Source: Nemertoderma westbladi | Lineage: Eukaryota; Animalia; Xenacoelomorpha | Assembly (NCBI GenBank): GCA_032718475.1 | Contig: JAUCBJ010006897.1 | Location: 1 to 64,000 of the forward strand | DNA length: 64,000 bases | Direction: 5' to 3' | Shown here: one piece after another, positions 11,560 to 22,042 of the stretch | Numbering within the stretch: position 1 is the first letter of the stretch | How the letters are laid out: each line of letters opens with the position of its first letter | Notes under the pieces: generated by a model | Told to the model about the DNA's origin: nothing | Database searches by the model: none | Seen by the model: the letters and a program-made list of their open reading frames with translations, nothing else | Position numbers and translations under genes: made by a program

Positions 11560-13165
11560 TTTTTAGTGCATTAATACATTAGTAATAGGGCCTTTTTGGC
11601 TGTTTGTTTTTTAGTTGTTGATATAAATCTTTTTAATCATTATTCTAGAGTATGTACCTGTGTTATTTGTTATTTACATTACCATTAGCCTACTCTGTTA
11701 GGCTATACAAAGATTCTGATATATATATATACTCATAATACAGTAATATATGATGTATTTTACCTACTAACCCTACAGTCTACATGAATAAATAAATAAT
11801 TGTAAATATGCCTAGGTTTTGTTCAAAGTTTTGTCAGCAACTTTTTGGTTGTCTAGCTGGTGTCTATTATCTTTACAGGTAGTAGTAAAATAAACTAGTT
11901 GACCGTACCAAATGCTTGAGTTGGCCATTTAACATTTTTTAAATTCCATCAACATTTTCCCAATTTAGTCAAACAAGGTGACAAAATTAAACAATTATTA
12001 CAGTTGCTGTGTTGTGCTGTCAGAAATGTAAATATTTTTGCAAAATTTTAAGTGCTTTTATACATTAGTAATAGGGCCTTTTTGGCTGTTTGTTTTTTAG
12101 TTGTTGATATAAATCTTTTTAATCATTATTCTAGAGTATGTACCTGTGTTATTTGTTATTTACATTACCATTAGCCTACTCTGTTAGGCTATACAAAGAT
12201 TCTGATATATATATATACTCATAATACAGTAATATATGATGTATTTTACCTACTAACCCTACAGTCTACATGAATAAATAAATAATTGTAAATATGCCTA
12301 GGTTTTGTTCAAAGTTTTGTCAGCAACTTTTTGGTTGTCTAGCTGGTGTCTATTATCTTTACAGGTAGTAGTAAACGAAACTACAGTACAGGCCACCAGA
12401 AAAAGCAGATTTCATCCAATGTGATCACATGTGAACACATTTGTTCAAGTCATCTGATTGGCAGGTTGGTGGGAGTTGGCTTCTAGATCACACACAGCAG
12501 GAGGCTAAACTTGCTGGGACCGACAAAGGCTTTCTGTGCGGTGCGCCTGTATGTCTGATATCAGGTAGATGAGAGAGCCCCCAGGGCGTAACATTGCGGA
12601 CATGGGCTGTATTGGTAGAGAGAGAACTACATACAAGACCACATGGAGGTTCATGGAGTGTATGGGAGTGTATGGGTATGTGGATGGAGGAGCCTAGACC
12701 ATTGAATGGTTAATTTAGTGCAGGGAGATGTCGCGCCATTAGTCTGACACCGAGAGGGCACAGAGAAACACCAGAAGATGCCTTAACATCACTAACTATA
12801 GGCCTGCCTACTAGACACTATTAACCGCACACTATAAAGGTAAACAAAATCCTTATCGCATTTCCAGCTGCAGTGAGTGACAGTTCGCGGCAAACTACAG
12901 AGAGTTTCAAGATTACTAAGCGTTTCAAAAGTATTCAAATGTATCCTTTGGCGAAAAAATTTTGGTTGTTGCCAATTCAATTATGTTCAATTATGTTCAA
13001 TTGTCCCGTTCAACAACATTACATTACACTGGTACACATTTGATAAAATGTGTTCACAATTGTACAAATCTGCGTTTTCTGGTGGCCTGTACTGTAGTTG
13101 ACCGTACCAAATGCTTGAGTTGGCCATTTAACATTTTTTAAATTCCATCAACATTTTCCCAATTT
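11560..13165. repeat. Internal duplication (486-bp offset) in the 3' part of the pogo element; second copy interrupted by a MITE
   Basis: TACATTAGTAATAGGGCC... at 11575 and 12061. The continuation TAGTTGACCGTACCAAATGC occurs at 11896 and 13095. Confidence 0.9.
12384..13094. mobile_element. 711-bp non-autonomous Tc1/mariner-pogo type MITE
   Basis: TIR CAGTACAGGCCACCAGAAAA(A/C)GCAGATTT at both ends. TA duplication at 12382-12383 and 13095-13096. Empty site AAACTAGTTGACC in the duplicate copy (TA at 11896-11897). Confidence 0.92.
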
Positions 13166-13305
13166 TTTAGTTAGTGATATAAATCCTTTTAATCATTATT
13201 ACAGTATGTACCTGTGTTATCTTGTATCTGTGGTATCTGAGATTTATATAATATATTGAATTATTATCAACTCATCATCATTTTACAGTGATTGATAGTT
13301 ATACT

Positions 13306-13970
13306 GCATAGAAATGGCTAGACAGAAAAACGAACAGACAGACAAACGAACAGACAGACAAATGACAGGTTGGTTTACAAATTATTGACATTCTGAGTCT
13401 GACATTAACGAATTGTGTTAGCTTAGAAATTCAACTGCATAGAAATTTAATAGAAATGATAAATATAATTTAATAGAAAATAGAAATTATACAGCATAGA
13501 AATGGCTAGACAGAAAAACGAACAGACAGACAAACGAACAGACAGACAAATGACAGGTTGGTTTACAAATTATTGACATTCTGACATTAACAAATTGTGT
13601 TTGCTTAGAATTTCAACTGCATAGAAATTTAATAGAAATGATAAATATAATTTAATAGAAAATAGAAATTATACAGCATAGAAATGGCTAGACAGAAAAA
13701 CGAACAGACAGACAAACGAACAGACAGACAAATGACAGGTTGGTTTACAAATTATTGACATTCTGACATTAACAAATTGTGTTTGCTTAGAATTTCAACT
13801 GCATAGAAATTTAATAGAAATGATAAATATAATTTAATAGAAAATATAAATTATACAGCATAGAAATGGCTAGACAGAAAAACGAACAGACAGACAAACG
13901 AACAGACAGACAAATGACAGGTTGGTTTACAAATTATTGACATTAACGAATTGTGCTTGCTTAGAAATTC
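13306..13970. repeat. ~182-bp tandem repeat, ~3.6 copies
   Basis: GCATAGAAATGGCTAGACAGAAAAACGAACAGACAG starts at 13306, 13494, 13676 and 13858. Confidence 0.9.
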
Positions 13971-16681
13971 AAAACAAAAAAAAGTTGTGCAAATCGGAAA
14001 ATTGTATGAATTCTGACTTTCATGAACTAGTGTTTTTAAGTGGTGGAAAGACAGACAAACAAACAGGTAGACAAGTGAACAGACCCCCCACCCCCTGGCA
14101 GCATGGTGATACATGTATTCGGGTTTTAGGCACCTTTCTATAATGTAAACTATAGATTTGTATAGCAAACAGACATAGGCAGAGACAAATTTATACTCTG
14201 TCCGGAAATTGGGCACCTGCCCAAATACCGGACAACCCAATCTTGTAAAAAAAAGTGCCCATTTGCGCCCATTAGATGGCGCTGGGCACTCAATGTTAAG
14301 ATTTTATTTTGATGTAGGATAATGTCCTGTACTGTTAGAATCATCTTTTGATTGGAATAAACTATGGTTGAGCTACAATAAAGGAAAAATCGAAATTCTG
14401 TCCGGAATTGGGGTACCCTACCCTACTGCTATTAGGTATTACCGGTCAGCCGGTACCGATACTGTATTATTATAGTCCTAGTATCAGAGTGTGTAGCGTA
14501 GCAGTAGCATACAGCAGTACATACAGTCAGTGTTTTAAGACTGATTTTCATATTCCGATATTACTGTATTATAATTCTGGATTACCGGTACTTGATTATG
14601 GCGAAATGTACCGGTACCGCTGGTGGTACCTCTAGCTCGGATTGGCCTACAGCACTTTTTCAATGTCGTGATGAACTTTGCACCTTTGATTATGTCAATG
14701 ACCTTTCTTTGAGGCAACTCTATGAAAGTTCAGAAGTTTGTCAATTGTCTATTTGGGAGTGCTGGAGTGGTGGGTAGCACACAAACTTGGTCCTGTGGTA
14801 ACACCAGAGTGCAGTGAATTAATCAAATTCGAATTAATAATCAGTTTATATCACCTGATCATATATTCTCAGAATTTTACTATACAGGCATATAAAAAGA
14901 CAGGCCTATGTGACAGGTAGACAGGCCTATGTTTACAAAGTACTTACGCTTACACCTAACTAAAATCAAAGCAATTAATTAATATATATAAATATAAATG
15001 CGGTTACAGTATGCTACCTGGGTTGCTGCCTTAGGCCTAAACAAATATGAAGAAAAGTGGTCCGATCGCGCATCGATCTACACATTGAGGCCATTAGCAG
15101 ATTAGCTATATATAAAATAATGCAATAACACAAACCCAGAACAGTAATAATGTACAGAATATTGTTGTTGGTTTGCTTATAGGCGGCACAGGCAGAACAT
15201 GTAACCAAATGATAGCCAAGAATTTAGTTTCAATCAATGAAGGCCGCTGGAAAAGCTATCTGCTGGTGAGTCATTAGTAGCAGAGTGGAATTATTTGGTG
15301 TAACCATCGAAATTCATAGGCTCTTCATGAAGGTAGAGAAGTTAACTAATATTGGTTAGATGTAATACAACAGGTTCTATAGGGAGATAGTATAGAACAC
15401 ATTAGTTTGGTAGGACAGCTGAGTTTGTGAGAGAGAGAGAGAGATGGGGGGGGGGGGGGGGGGGGTGTGAGACGGCTGTGGGTAGTAGTTATTCACTGAT
15501 TGTCAAAGGATTCGATGGTCCACTAGGATACAGTGCTTTAGATCCACAATAATTGTTTTTGTCCGTGGAATTTACTCATTATGTCCGCTGATTTTGACTT
15601 TTTATGTCCGCGGAAATTTCTACCGGTGTACCGGTAATTGGTAACTGGTAACAGTATATTGTAGGTATAAATAAAGCCTTAGAATTATACTGTATTATAC
15701 TACATTAGATTTGGATTAGAGGATTGGTGGTTCTGAGTTATCAACGATTGATTAATGTATCATAAGTAGTAATGATTTGATTTTAAGGATAGTATTTTTA
15801 TAAAAATATTTTAAAGAATTAGAAAAATTGGAATTAATGATATTATCTGTTATGTTGGATCAACTGTAAAAATTATCTGAAACTAATATACAGTACTACC
15901 AAAGTGAATCAATTTCACGAACCATTTAGGGCTTAAATCTCGTCTGATCGATATATTTTGGAGATACTTCATTAATTTTAAACACTACTCAATTGATAAT
16001 TATTGTAGCTGGACAGTGTATTGCAGCTATATCTTAATGACCTGTTGAAACAATAACTACTATCATCTTCGATGATAGATGATTTTGATTTATACCCATA
16101 GATAACGACGTATAATGCTTTTATTAATACATATTTTATTTCACTTCACATCCACTCTGGCCCTTTTAATACGCATATATTTCATTTAAATTTAATACGC
16201 ATATATTTTATCTCATTCCATATGACATCCAGTCTGTCTCATAATTATTAGCAATGCTCCTGTAATGGAATATTTCTTATCTATTATATTTTTAAATCTA
16301 ACATTAAAATACAGTAATAATTTTAATTCGGTGTATTTTAATGTACTTTATTTATTGACTCACATTTTAAAATATGTATGTTTTTTTTAGGGGGGAAACC
16401 CCATCCATAATACTAAAGTTAATTTGTCAGCATATATTATCTTTGTTCTAAGTTACAGTATGGTGTAAATTTATATAAATAAATAATAATAATATTACAT
16501 TAGTTATTATTTATAAATATAATGTAGAACTTCGATCTTCAAACAGGTGGAGCAGTTCCAACTGACAACTCCTCTAGTAACGATGGTAACAACTACAAAA
16601 CAAATATATTGAATAACTTATTTAAGGGAGTAAAGTGAATCTTTGGGCCAAAACGTCCGACAAACAAATCTTGCATTTCAT

Positions 16682-17162
16682 ACTACTAGGATCGGCATGC
16701 TGCATTGCAGCTGCATTTTTAAGAATGCTGTGCCGGCTTGTCAACAAAATTGCACCGCCACAACTCCCTATCACCCATGACATTTGCTAGATCATCCGCA
16801 TCTTTAAGGCCAGTGTCCTTTAAGATGCGTCTCAAGAAAGTCATGGGCTGTCCACCATGCTTATTCACTCCATGAGGCTGCCAAAGTACAAGATTATGCA
16901 CTGGCTGGTCCTCACGGCGAAAGCAATGTCCTGCAAAGCGGAGGCGATTTTGTTCTAGTGTCAAGCTTGGGGGAACCAATGAGACACCTCCAATGTTATA
17001 TAGTGTCTGGTTGGAGATGTGTGCATTGTACTTGACACAATGTACCCGGCGTAGCATTCTTGTGAATGTGCCATCCAGAGATTTGGTGTCCTCAGCAGTT
17101 AGAGCCCAGCATGGACTCCCGTAGAGGAGTACTGGAACTACTGCTGCTCTAAATAATCGGAC
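16682..17162 (-). mobile_element. 5'-truncated RTE-clade LINE insertion with target-site duplication
   Basis: Encodes LFRAAVVPVLLYGSPCWALT...LDGTFTRMLRRV...LRFAGHCFRR (C-terminus downstream of RTE reverse transcriptase). 3' tail (TAG)n. 12-bp TSD CTTGCATTTCAT at 16670-16681 and 17163-17174. Confidence 0.88.
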
Positions 17163-17570
17163 CTTGCATTTCATTCATTGGGCCGAAACGTCCTAGGCCA
17201 AAACGTCTTAGACCGAAACGTCTGTTACCCAGACTGAAGACAGGTAGGCCTACTTAAATCTAAGTGATTTAAAGAGTGTGGCTGCCGCTACCTTTCGTCA
17301 AATAAACAATGCAGGACAGGTCCAGGATGAGTGACAGCCGCGGTGTCCGCCAACCCCGGATGCCCCAACAGTGCAGTATCTATTAACCATAACTCTTCTT
17401 GACGCCGCTTAGAAATCTAACCAACCGTGATTTATTTTTGAACGGCTTTTCCACCAACCTGGCTATAGAATGTTGTTGGTTGCTACGGTATATGGCACTA
17501 ACATAGTATAGACTAATAGAAGCAGCAATGAGAATGCTAAGGGAATAAACATTCGAACAGATATTGAAAA

Positions 17571-17978
17571 ATGTTTCCGGATCCCAACGATATTACGAGA
17601 CATACAAACTGGAAGAAGGCCCAAGCGTTGGCAGCGCATTGGTGGAGAATCTGGGCCCAGGAGTACCTCATAACCCTCCAGACCAGGAGGAAGTGGAACA
17701 ACACCTACAGCAATGTCGAAGTTGGCGACATGGTACTAGTAAAAGAAGACCTTAAAGACTGCGTCCACTGGCCTGTGGCGCGAGTCGTGGCAATACAACC
17801 GAGTAAAGACGGACTTGCGAGGACTGTGACGATACGAACGGCAAAGGGCCACTACCAACGCCCTATCCAGAGGCTGTGCCTTCTCGAAGGCAATGACAGC
17901 GGTGACTCTACGAGAGGTGATAAGTTCCCTACTCAAGATCCTGCTGCAGACATTGGTGACAATTACAAATGCGTTTAA
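17571..17978 (+). pseudogene. C-terminal fragment of BEL/Pao pol (post-integrase DUF5641-like domain)
   Basis: WKKAQALAAHWWRIWAQEYLITLQTRRKW...VEVGDMVLVKED...WPVARVVAIQPSKDGLARTVTIRT...RPIQRLCLLE is the typical BEL pol ending. Confidence 0.92.
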
Positions 17979-18272
17979 ACCCTTCTCATCATGTTGACAA
18001 ACTCTTTTAAACTGTGATTTATCGACAATGAAAATGGACCCCCCTTAAACCAACTGTAACCACGCAATGGTATTTGTGTTTCCTCGTGTGTTATGTGGAG
18101 TCCAGCGTCACCCTGCAGATGTTTCGACTGACGCAGGGTCGTTTATGTATTGTTTACCCTGATTTTGGTCATCGGGACCAACGATATTGGATTATTGGAA
18201 ATGGTAAAGATTTGAAGTGGAATTCATTGTATTCATCGCAGTATGTTATGTTGTCCGTTGCGTGCGCAGTTC

Positions 18273-18675
18273 GGGGCGTAGGCGGTGTAACTAGTCCAGC
18301 TGTAGATCCCGGATTGCCGCGCAACACCCCCTCTATCCCGTTATTCTGGTGGGTCCATGGTGCATCCACATGACTTCGACGATAGAGGGTTTTATGTTTC
18401 TCAGTCGCGTTATTCTGGTGGGACCGTTGCGTGGATTTTGGGGCGTAGGCGGTGTAACTAGTCCAGCTGTAGATCCCAGAATGTTGCGTAACCCCATCCC
18501 ACATGACTTCGTCGACTGAGCTTTATGTTGTTGGGAGTGTTATTCTGGTGGGTCCCTGGTGCATCCACGTGACTTCACTTCCAGCGTCTTCATTGTCCGT
18601 TACGTGAGCAGTTTGGGGCGTAGGCGGTGTAACTAGCCCAGCTGTAGATCCCAGATTGCCGCGTAACACCCCTTC
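18273..18675. repeat. Three ~170-bp degenerate direct repeats between pol and the extra ORF
   Basis: GGGGCGTAGGCGGTGTAACTAG(T/C)CCAGCTGTAGATCCC at ~18273, ~18440 and ~18615. GTTATTCTGGTGGG also occurs three times. Confidence 0.85.
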
Positions 18676-19266
18676 CACGACAAAGATTTCCCAAAGAAGA
18701 TGATTGAATGTAGTTGGAAATGATGAAAAGGATCAGACAACTCTACTATAAACCTGAATGATGACGCGTATGATGATGAAAATGTAATGATGCGCACCCT
18801 GGTGCTGCGCTTATAACAAATGATGATAGCCGGGGGGCTATAACCCCAATGATGATGTGGAAATAAACAAAATTGAGAATAAATGGTGGAACTAAATGAT
18901 GTGGAAATGTGGAAATAAATGAAATGTGAAATAAATGGTGGAAATAAATGTGTTGAAATATGTTGAAATAAATGAAATGAGATGAAATAATAATGAGAAA
19001 TGAAAAAAGACAAAAAAAAGGTATAAAAAAGTCTAAAGAAAAGAATTGGAAAAAAGAAAGGACATAAAAAGTCATAAAAACTGGTTGGATATTAATGTAT
19101 AGTTATAGTAACTGTAAATGCTGAATGTATTAGCAATAAGATGATAGATGCCTATATAGCAATGTTATTTAATAAACTGAACTGAATTATTCTGCAATCA
19201 CTATAGTTTCAGACTTTCTGGACTTATAATTAACTGATCTAATTTGTAACGGATATAATCGTAAAT

Positions 19267-21216
19267 ATGGACCCAAATCGCCAAATTATCGGCGAATTAC
19301 GTAACACGATAGATCTACTGGAATATTCGCAACCCGGATCCCCTGACTTTGATACAAATTGGAGCACCCTGCTAAATGAGAACGTGCGAGTCGTTAAATT
19401 CACCGGGCGAGAGGGACCGGATTCCAAGAATCTACGAGCCCTCCGGTTAGCCGATGCTAGTACGAGACTGAAAAGAACTCGGAACGCAAAGGCAACCGGA
19501 GGGGACGATTCGTCGTTTTGGGAAACGTTCCGGCAAAGCGTCTACAGATCCCGATGTTTGATCTACGACAACGAGGGAAACGCGACGCCCACCTCGAAAG
19601 CGATTACGTTGGCGAGATGTCAAAGTTTCGTCGACGACAAGAGTACGTACCTCGCCCACTGGGGAAACCTGTCGGAGTGTACGGCGACGCTTCGAGAGGA
19701 ACGTATATCGACCATCCAAAATCGCGACGACTACCAAGAAAAATACGGGGCGAAAGAATACGGTCGATCCTTGGTCGTCGTCCTCGGAACCCTGGACGGT
19801 TTGGTATTGGTGTGTCGAATATTTCCGACACCCAGACAGGAAGTGCAGGCAGCCGGAGCGATCTGGTTGCTACCTCCGGAAATCCAAAAGATCCTCTTCG
19901 ACTTCGACGTCATTAAAATCGGGTCGGATATAAAGGCGGACGTCCGGAACGACTACGCGAACGCTCCTTCAGGAAGAAACCGACGAGACGACCTCAACGC
20001 CCTTAGCCATTGCGTCGACACTCAAACGCTACTAGCCTGGTTACGATTCGCCGAGTTCATGCGAGGATTCCAAGAGGTGAGACCGACGAAATCCGGGATC
20101 GGCTACCTCGCTGTGCTAAACGGCGGCATCGACTTCAAACCCCAGAAATTCCGGGATTATAATAAAATATATGGTGGATACCCGGGATTAGAAATAAAGA
20201 GCGAGCGAGAGGGTCGATGGAAGGACGTTGATCGGAAGTGGACGATACACCAAAGGTGGGAGAATCCCGATCGACGGAACTACGTCTACGTCGTTATGGA
20301 GTGCTACACCGTCGCTAAGTTTATCTGTAAAACTCTCGATAACCTTATTACGGCGGTTCCTCTTTCCTTCGTCGACTACGACTGGAACGAGGTTATAAAC
20401 CACGCGTTCAAAGCGGTCGAGAACATCACACCGGGAGAGACTAAAACACTCGCTGTTATCGATTCCTGGGACGAGAGCGGACCTTACGACATCCCTACGA
20501 TTACCGAACTTCTCGGTGCGGAGGAGCCTCTGATTTCTTCGGAAGGGGAAGAAATATGGCTAAATGAGGGTGTTCTACTCTCCACCCCGAAGCGACAACT
20601 CGAGCCGGAGGCCGCTTACCAACCGGCCGCCAAACGGGTTGCCTCCACCGAACCAACGACGGAAGCGGGCGTTTCCTCACCACTCGGCTTCGGTAGCCCT
20701 GCGAGGGAGTTGGTTACTACCTTTGCGTTAAACGACTTCGGCGATACGTGCCAAAGGTTATCCCCGTATCCTTTCCCGGGTGGCGAAGACTGGTCGTCGG
20801 AGATTCCGAGTACCAGCAATCAACGGACCCGCTCAGCGATATTGGTCGAGAAGGGCCCCAGCGCTGCGCCGACTCCCGACGATCTCCTCGGAATCCCTCC
20901 GTCGAAAACCCCGGCACCTCTTCGCCGACCAGCGGTGGCTACTACACCCTCCGTTCCTCAGGATCCTATGCGACTAACCCGTTGGTACGCCGAGCAAACC
21001 GAATGGATCCACCGCCAGAAACGGTCGTCCGAGTTGAGACCGACGGGACACAAAGAAGGTTATCGTAGCGAGGACCTACTACGCAAAAGCCCAGCCTTCC
21101 GCGGGCTACCGACCACCGCGAATATTCCAGAAGAGCGACCGACGACTCGAGTATTACGTCGGCGTCCCGATTCCGATATTCCCCGGTCGAGAGATGCAAT
21201 TGGAGGTGTGCGGTGA
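19267..21216 (+). CDS. DEDDy (WRN/EXD2/mut-7-like) 3'-5' exonuclease-domain protein carried by the BEL element
   Basis: ExoI-like CLIYDNEG (~19555-19578), LPPEIQKILFDFDVIKIGSDIKAD (ExoII), CVDTQTL, SGIGYLAVLNGGIDFKP and ExoIII-like YVVMEC (20287-20304). A Pro/Ser-rich linker follows. The ORF is 649 aa without stops. Confidence 0.72.
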   Translation: MDPNRQIIGELRNTIDLLEYSQPGSPDFDTNWSTLLNENVRVVKFTGREGPDSKNLRALRLADASTRLKRTRNAKATGGDDSSFWETFRQSVYRSRCLIYDNEGNATPTSKAITLARCQSFVDDKSTYLAHWGNLSECTATLREERISTIQNRDDYQEKYGAKEYGRSLVVVLGTLDGLVLVCRIFPTPRQEVQAAGAIWLLPPEIQKILFDFDVIKIGSDIKADVRNDYANAPSGRNRRDDLNALSHCVDTQTLLAWLRFAEFMRGFQEVRPTKSGIGYLAVLNGGIDFKPQKFRDYNKIYGGYPGLEIKSEREGRWKDVDRKWTIHQRWENPDRRNYVYVVMECYTVAKFICKTLDNLITAVPLSFVDYDWNEVINHAFKAVENITPGETKTLAVIDSWDESGPYDIPTITELLGAEEPLISSEGEEIWLNEGVLLSTPKRQLEPEAAYQPAAKRVASTEPTTEAGVSSPLGFGSPARELVTTFALNDFGDTCQRLSPYPFPGGEDWSSEIPSTSNQRTRSAILVEKGPSAAPTPDDLLGIPPSKTPAPLRRPAVATTPSVPQDPMRLTRWYAEQTEWIHRQKRSSELRPTGHKEGYRSEDLLRKSPAFRGLPTTANIPEERPTTRVLRRRPDSDIPRSRDAIGGVR

Positions 21217-21868
21217 CTGTGGTTCGGAGCAGTGCCCACGCGGTAGAAGGAATCGGGTTACCGATTCGTGCCTCCAGCTCCTCGGGATACTCTATTGCCC
21301 ATACTGCGCGACATCGGGTCACGACGTTTCCGTCTGTCCGATCCTATATAACCTCTGCACCACGTGCGGTTTCCGTGGACATTCCTCTAGCCCCCGCTGC
21401 TATATCAAATGTCCTACCAAAGACGTTACCGCTATGGGAAATATGGTCATGTTTGAAACATATGCAAACAGCCACATAAAGACCAAGGTTCGGAGAAACG
21501 CTCGGAATATCGCGCAGGAGATGGCGTGCGGGTATTTCTCCTTCCCGGAACGCCTCCACACGACGGCCACGCTGCCTTTCCATTACGTGGATTTGTTGCT
21601 GAGCGCTGGATTATTTGGCCCATTCGAAGTCATTAGACGCTTATACTCGTATAAAGAGGAGTTCGGTGACGGAGAGTGGTTCCTCGAGGCTCGCAACTAC
21701 GAGTTGGAACGACGAACCAATATGATCCCGATGCCATCGAAAGGAAGAGCCGCCAGGAGACAAGCCGAAGCGTTGCTCACGATGGATGTTGACGCTCCTC
21801 TACCAGCTATTGCGATCGACGAGAGCCGACGGGCGAAGAGGCGAAAGGCGTATCAGAGAAAGAAATAG
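21038..21868 (+). CDS. Zinc-knuckle (CCHC) ORF; probable frameshifted continuation of the exonuclease ORF
   Basis: Contains CPYCATSGHDVSVC (CX2CX4HX4C), CTTCGFRGHSSSPRC and CGDCGSEQC. The frame is open from 21038 (after TGA at 21035-21037), well before the first ATG at 21194, and overlaps the upstream ORF by ~180 nt. Confidence 0.75.
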   Translation, partial: DRRDTKKVIVARTYYAKAQPSAGYRPPRIFQKSDRRLEYYVGVPIPIFPGREMQLEVCGDCGSEQCPRGRRNRVTDSCLQLLGILYCPYCATSGHDVSVCPILYNLCTTCGFRGHSSSPRCYIKCPTKDVTAMGNMVMFETYANSHIKTKVRRNARNIAQEMACGYFSFPERLHTTATLPFHYVDLLLSAGLFGPFEVIRRLYSYKEEFGDGEWFLEARNYELERRTNMIPMPSKGRAARRQAEALLTMDVDAPLPAIAIDESRRAKRRKAYQRKK

Positions 21869-22032
21869 TGGATCGGGATATTCCAGGAACATTTATCGAA
21901 CATTTATTTTTATACATTTATATATAAACTCTAGGCCAAATTAATTAAAACTATGCAATATTAAATTTGGGTTTTTTATATTGGGAATGACCTACGCAAA
22001 CTCAATCTACCGACAGACTTCACGAAGGTCAT

Positions 22033-22042
22033 TGGGGGGGAC
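22033..22042 (+). other. Polypurine tract
   Basis: TGGGGGGGAC lies immediately before the TGTT LTR start, the usual BEL/Pao arrangement. Confidence 0.85.

Larger units (their letters stand above)
3919..14423 (+). mobile_element. pogo/Tigger-like (Tc1/mariner superfamily) DNA transposon with nested insertions
   Basis: Left TIR GGGTAAGGTACCCCAATTCCGGACA (3919-) and right TIR TGTCCGGAATTGGGGTACCCTACCC (-14423) differ at 1 position. TA duplication at 3917-3918 and 14424-14425. The empty site AGGCTATACTGCTATTAGG is present in the duplicate copy (~2857-2875). Confidence 0.93.
2363..15003. repeat. ~1.07-kb tandem duplication: copy 1 at ~2363-3425, copy 2 at ~3432-3918 plus 14424-15003 (split by the pogo element)
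   Basis: Near-identical sequence from GTATTACTATTGTAGTATTAATTAG to AAATATAAATGCGG in both copies. The duplicated small ORFs (3032/14592, 3162/14738) reflect this. Confidence 0.92.

Noticed and set aside
17232-17558. AATAAACATTCGAACA just before the BEL pol fragment as a possible 5' LTR end
   Set aside because: The sequence does not match the 3' LTR at 22043-22656 and no primer-binding site follows.
19447-21583. Many antisense and alternative-frame ORFs over the exonuclease region
   Set aside because: Shadow ORFs expected in GC-rich coding DNA; they contain no motifs.
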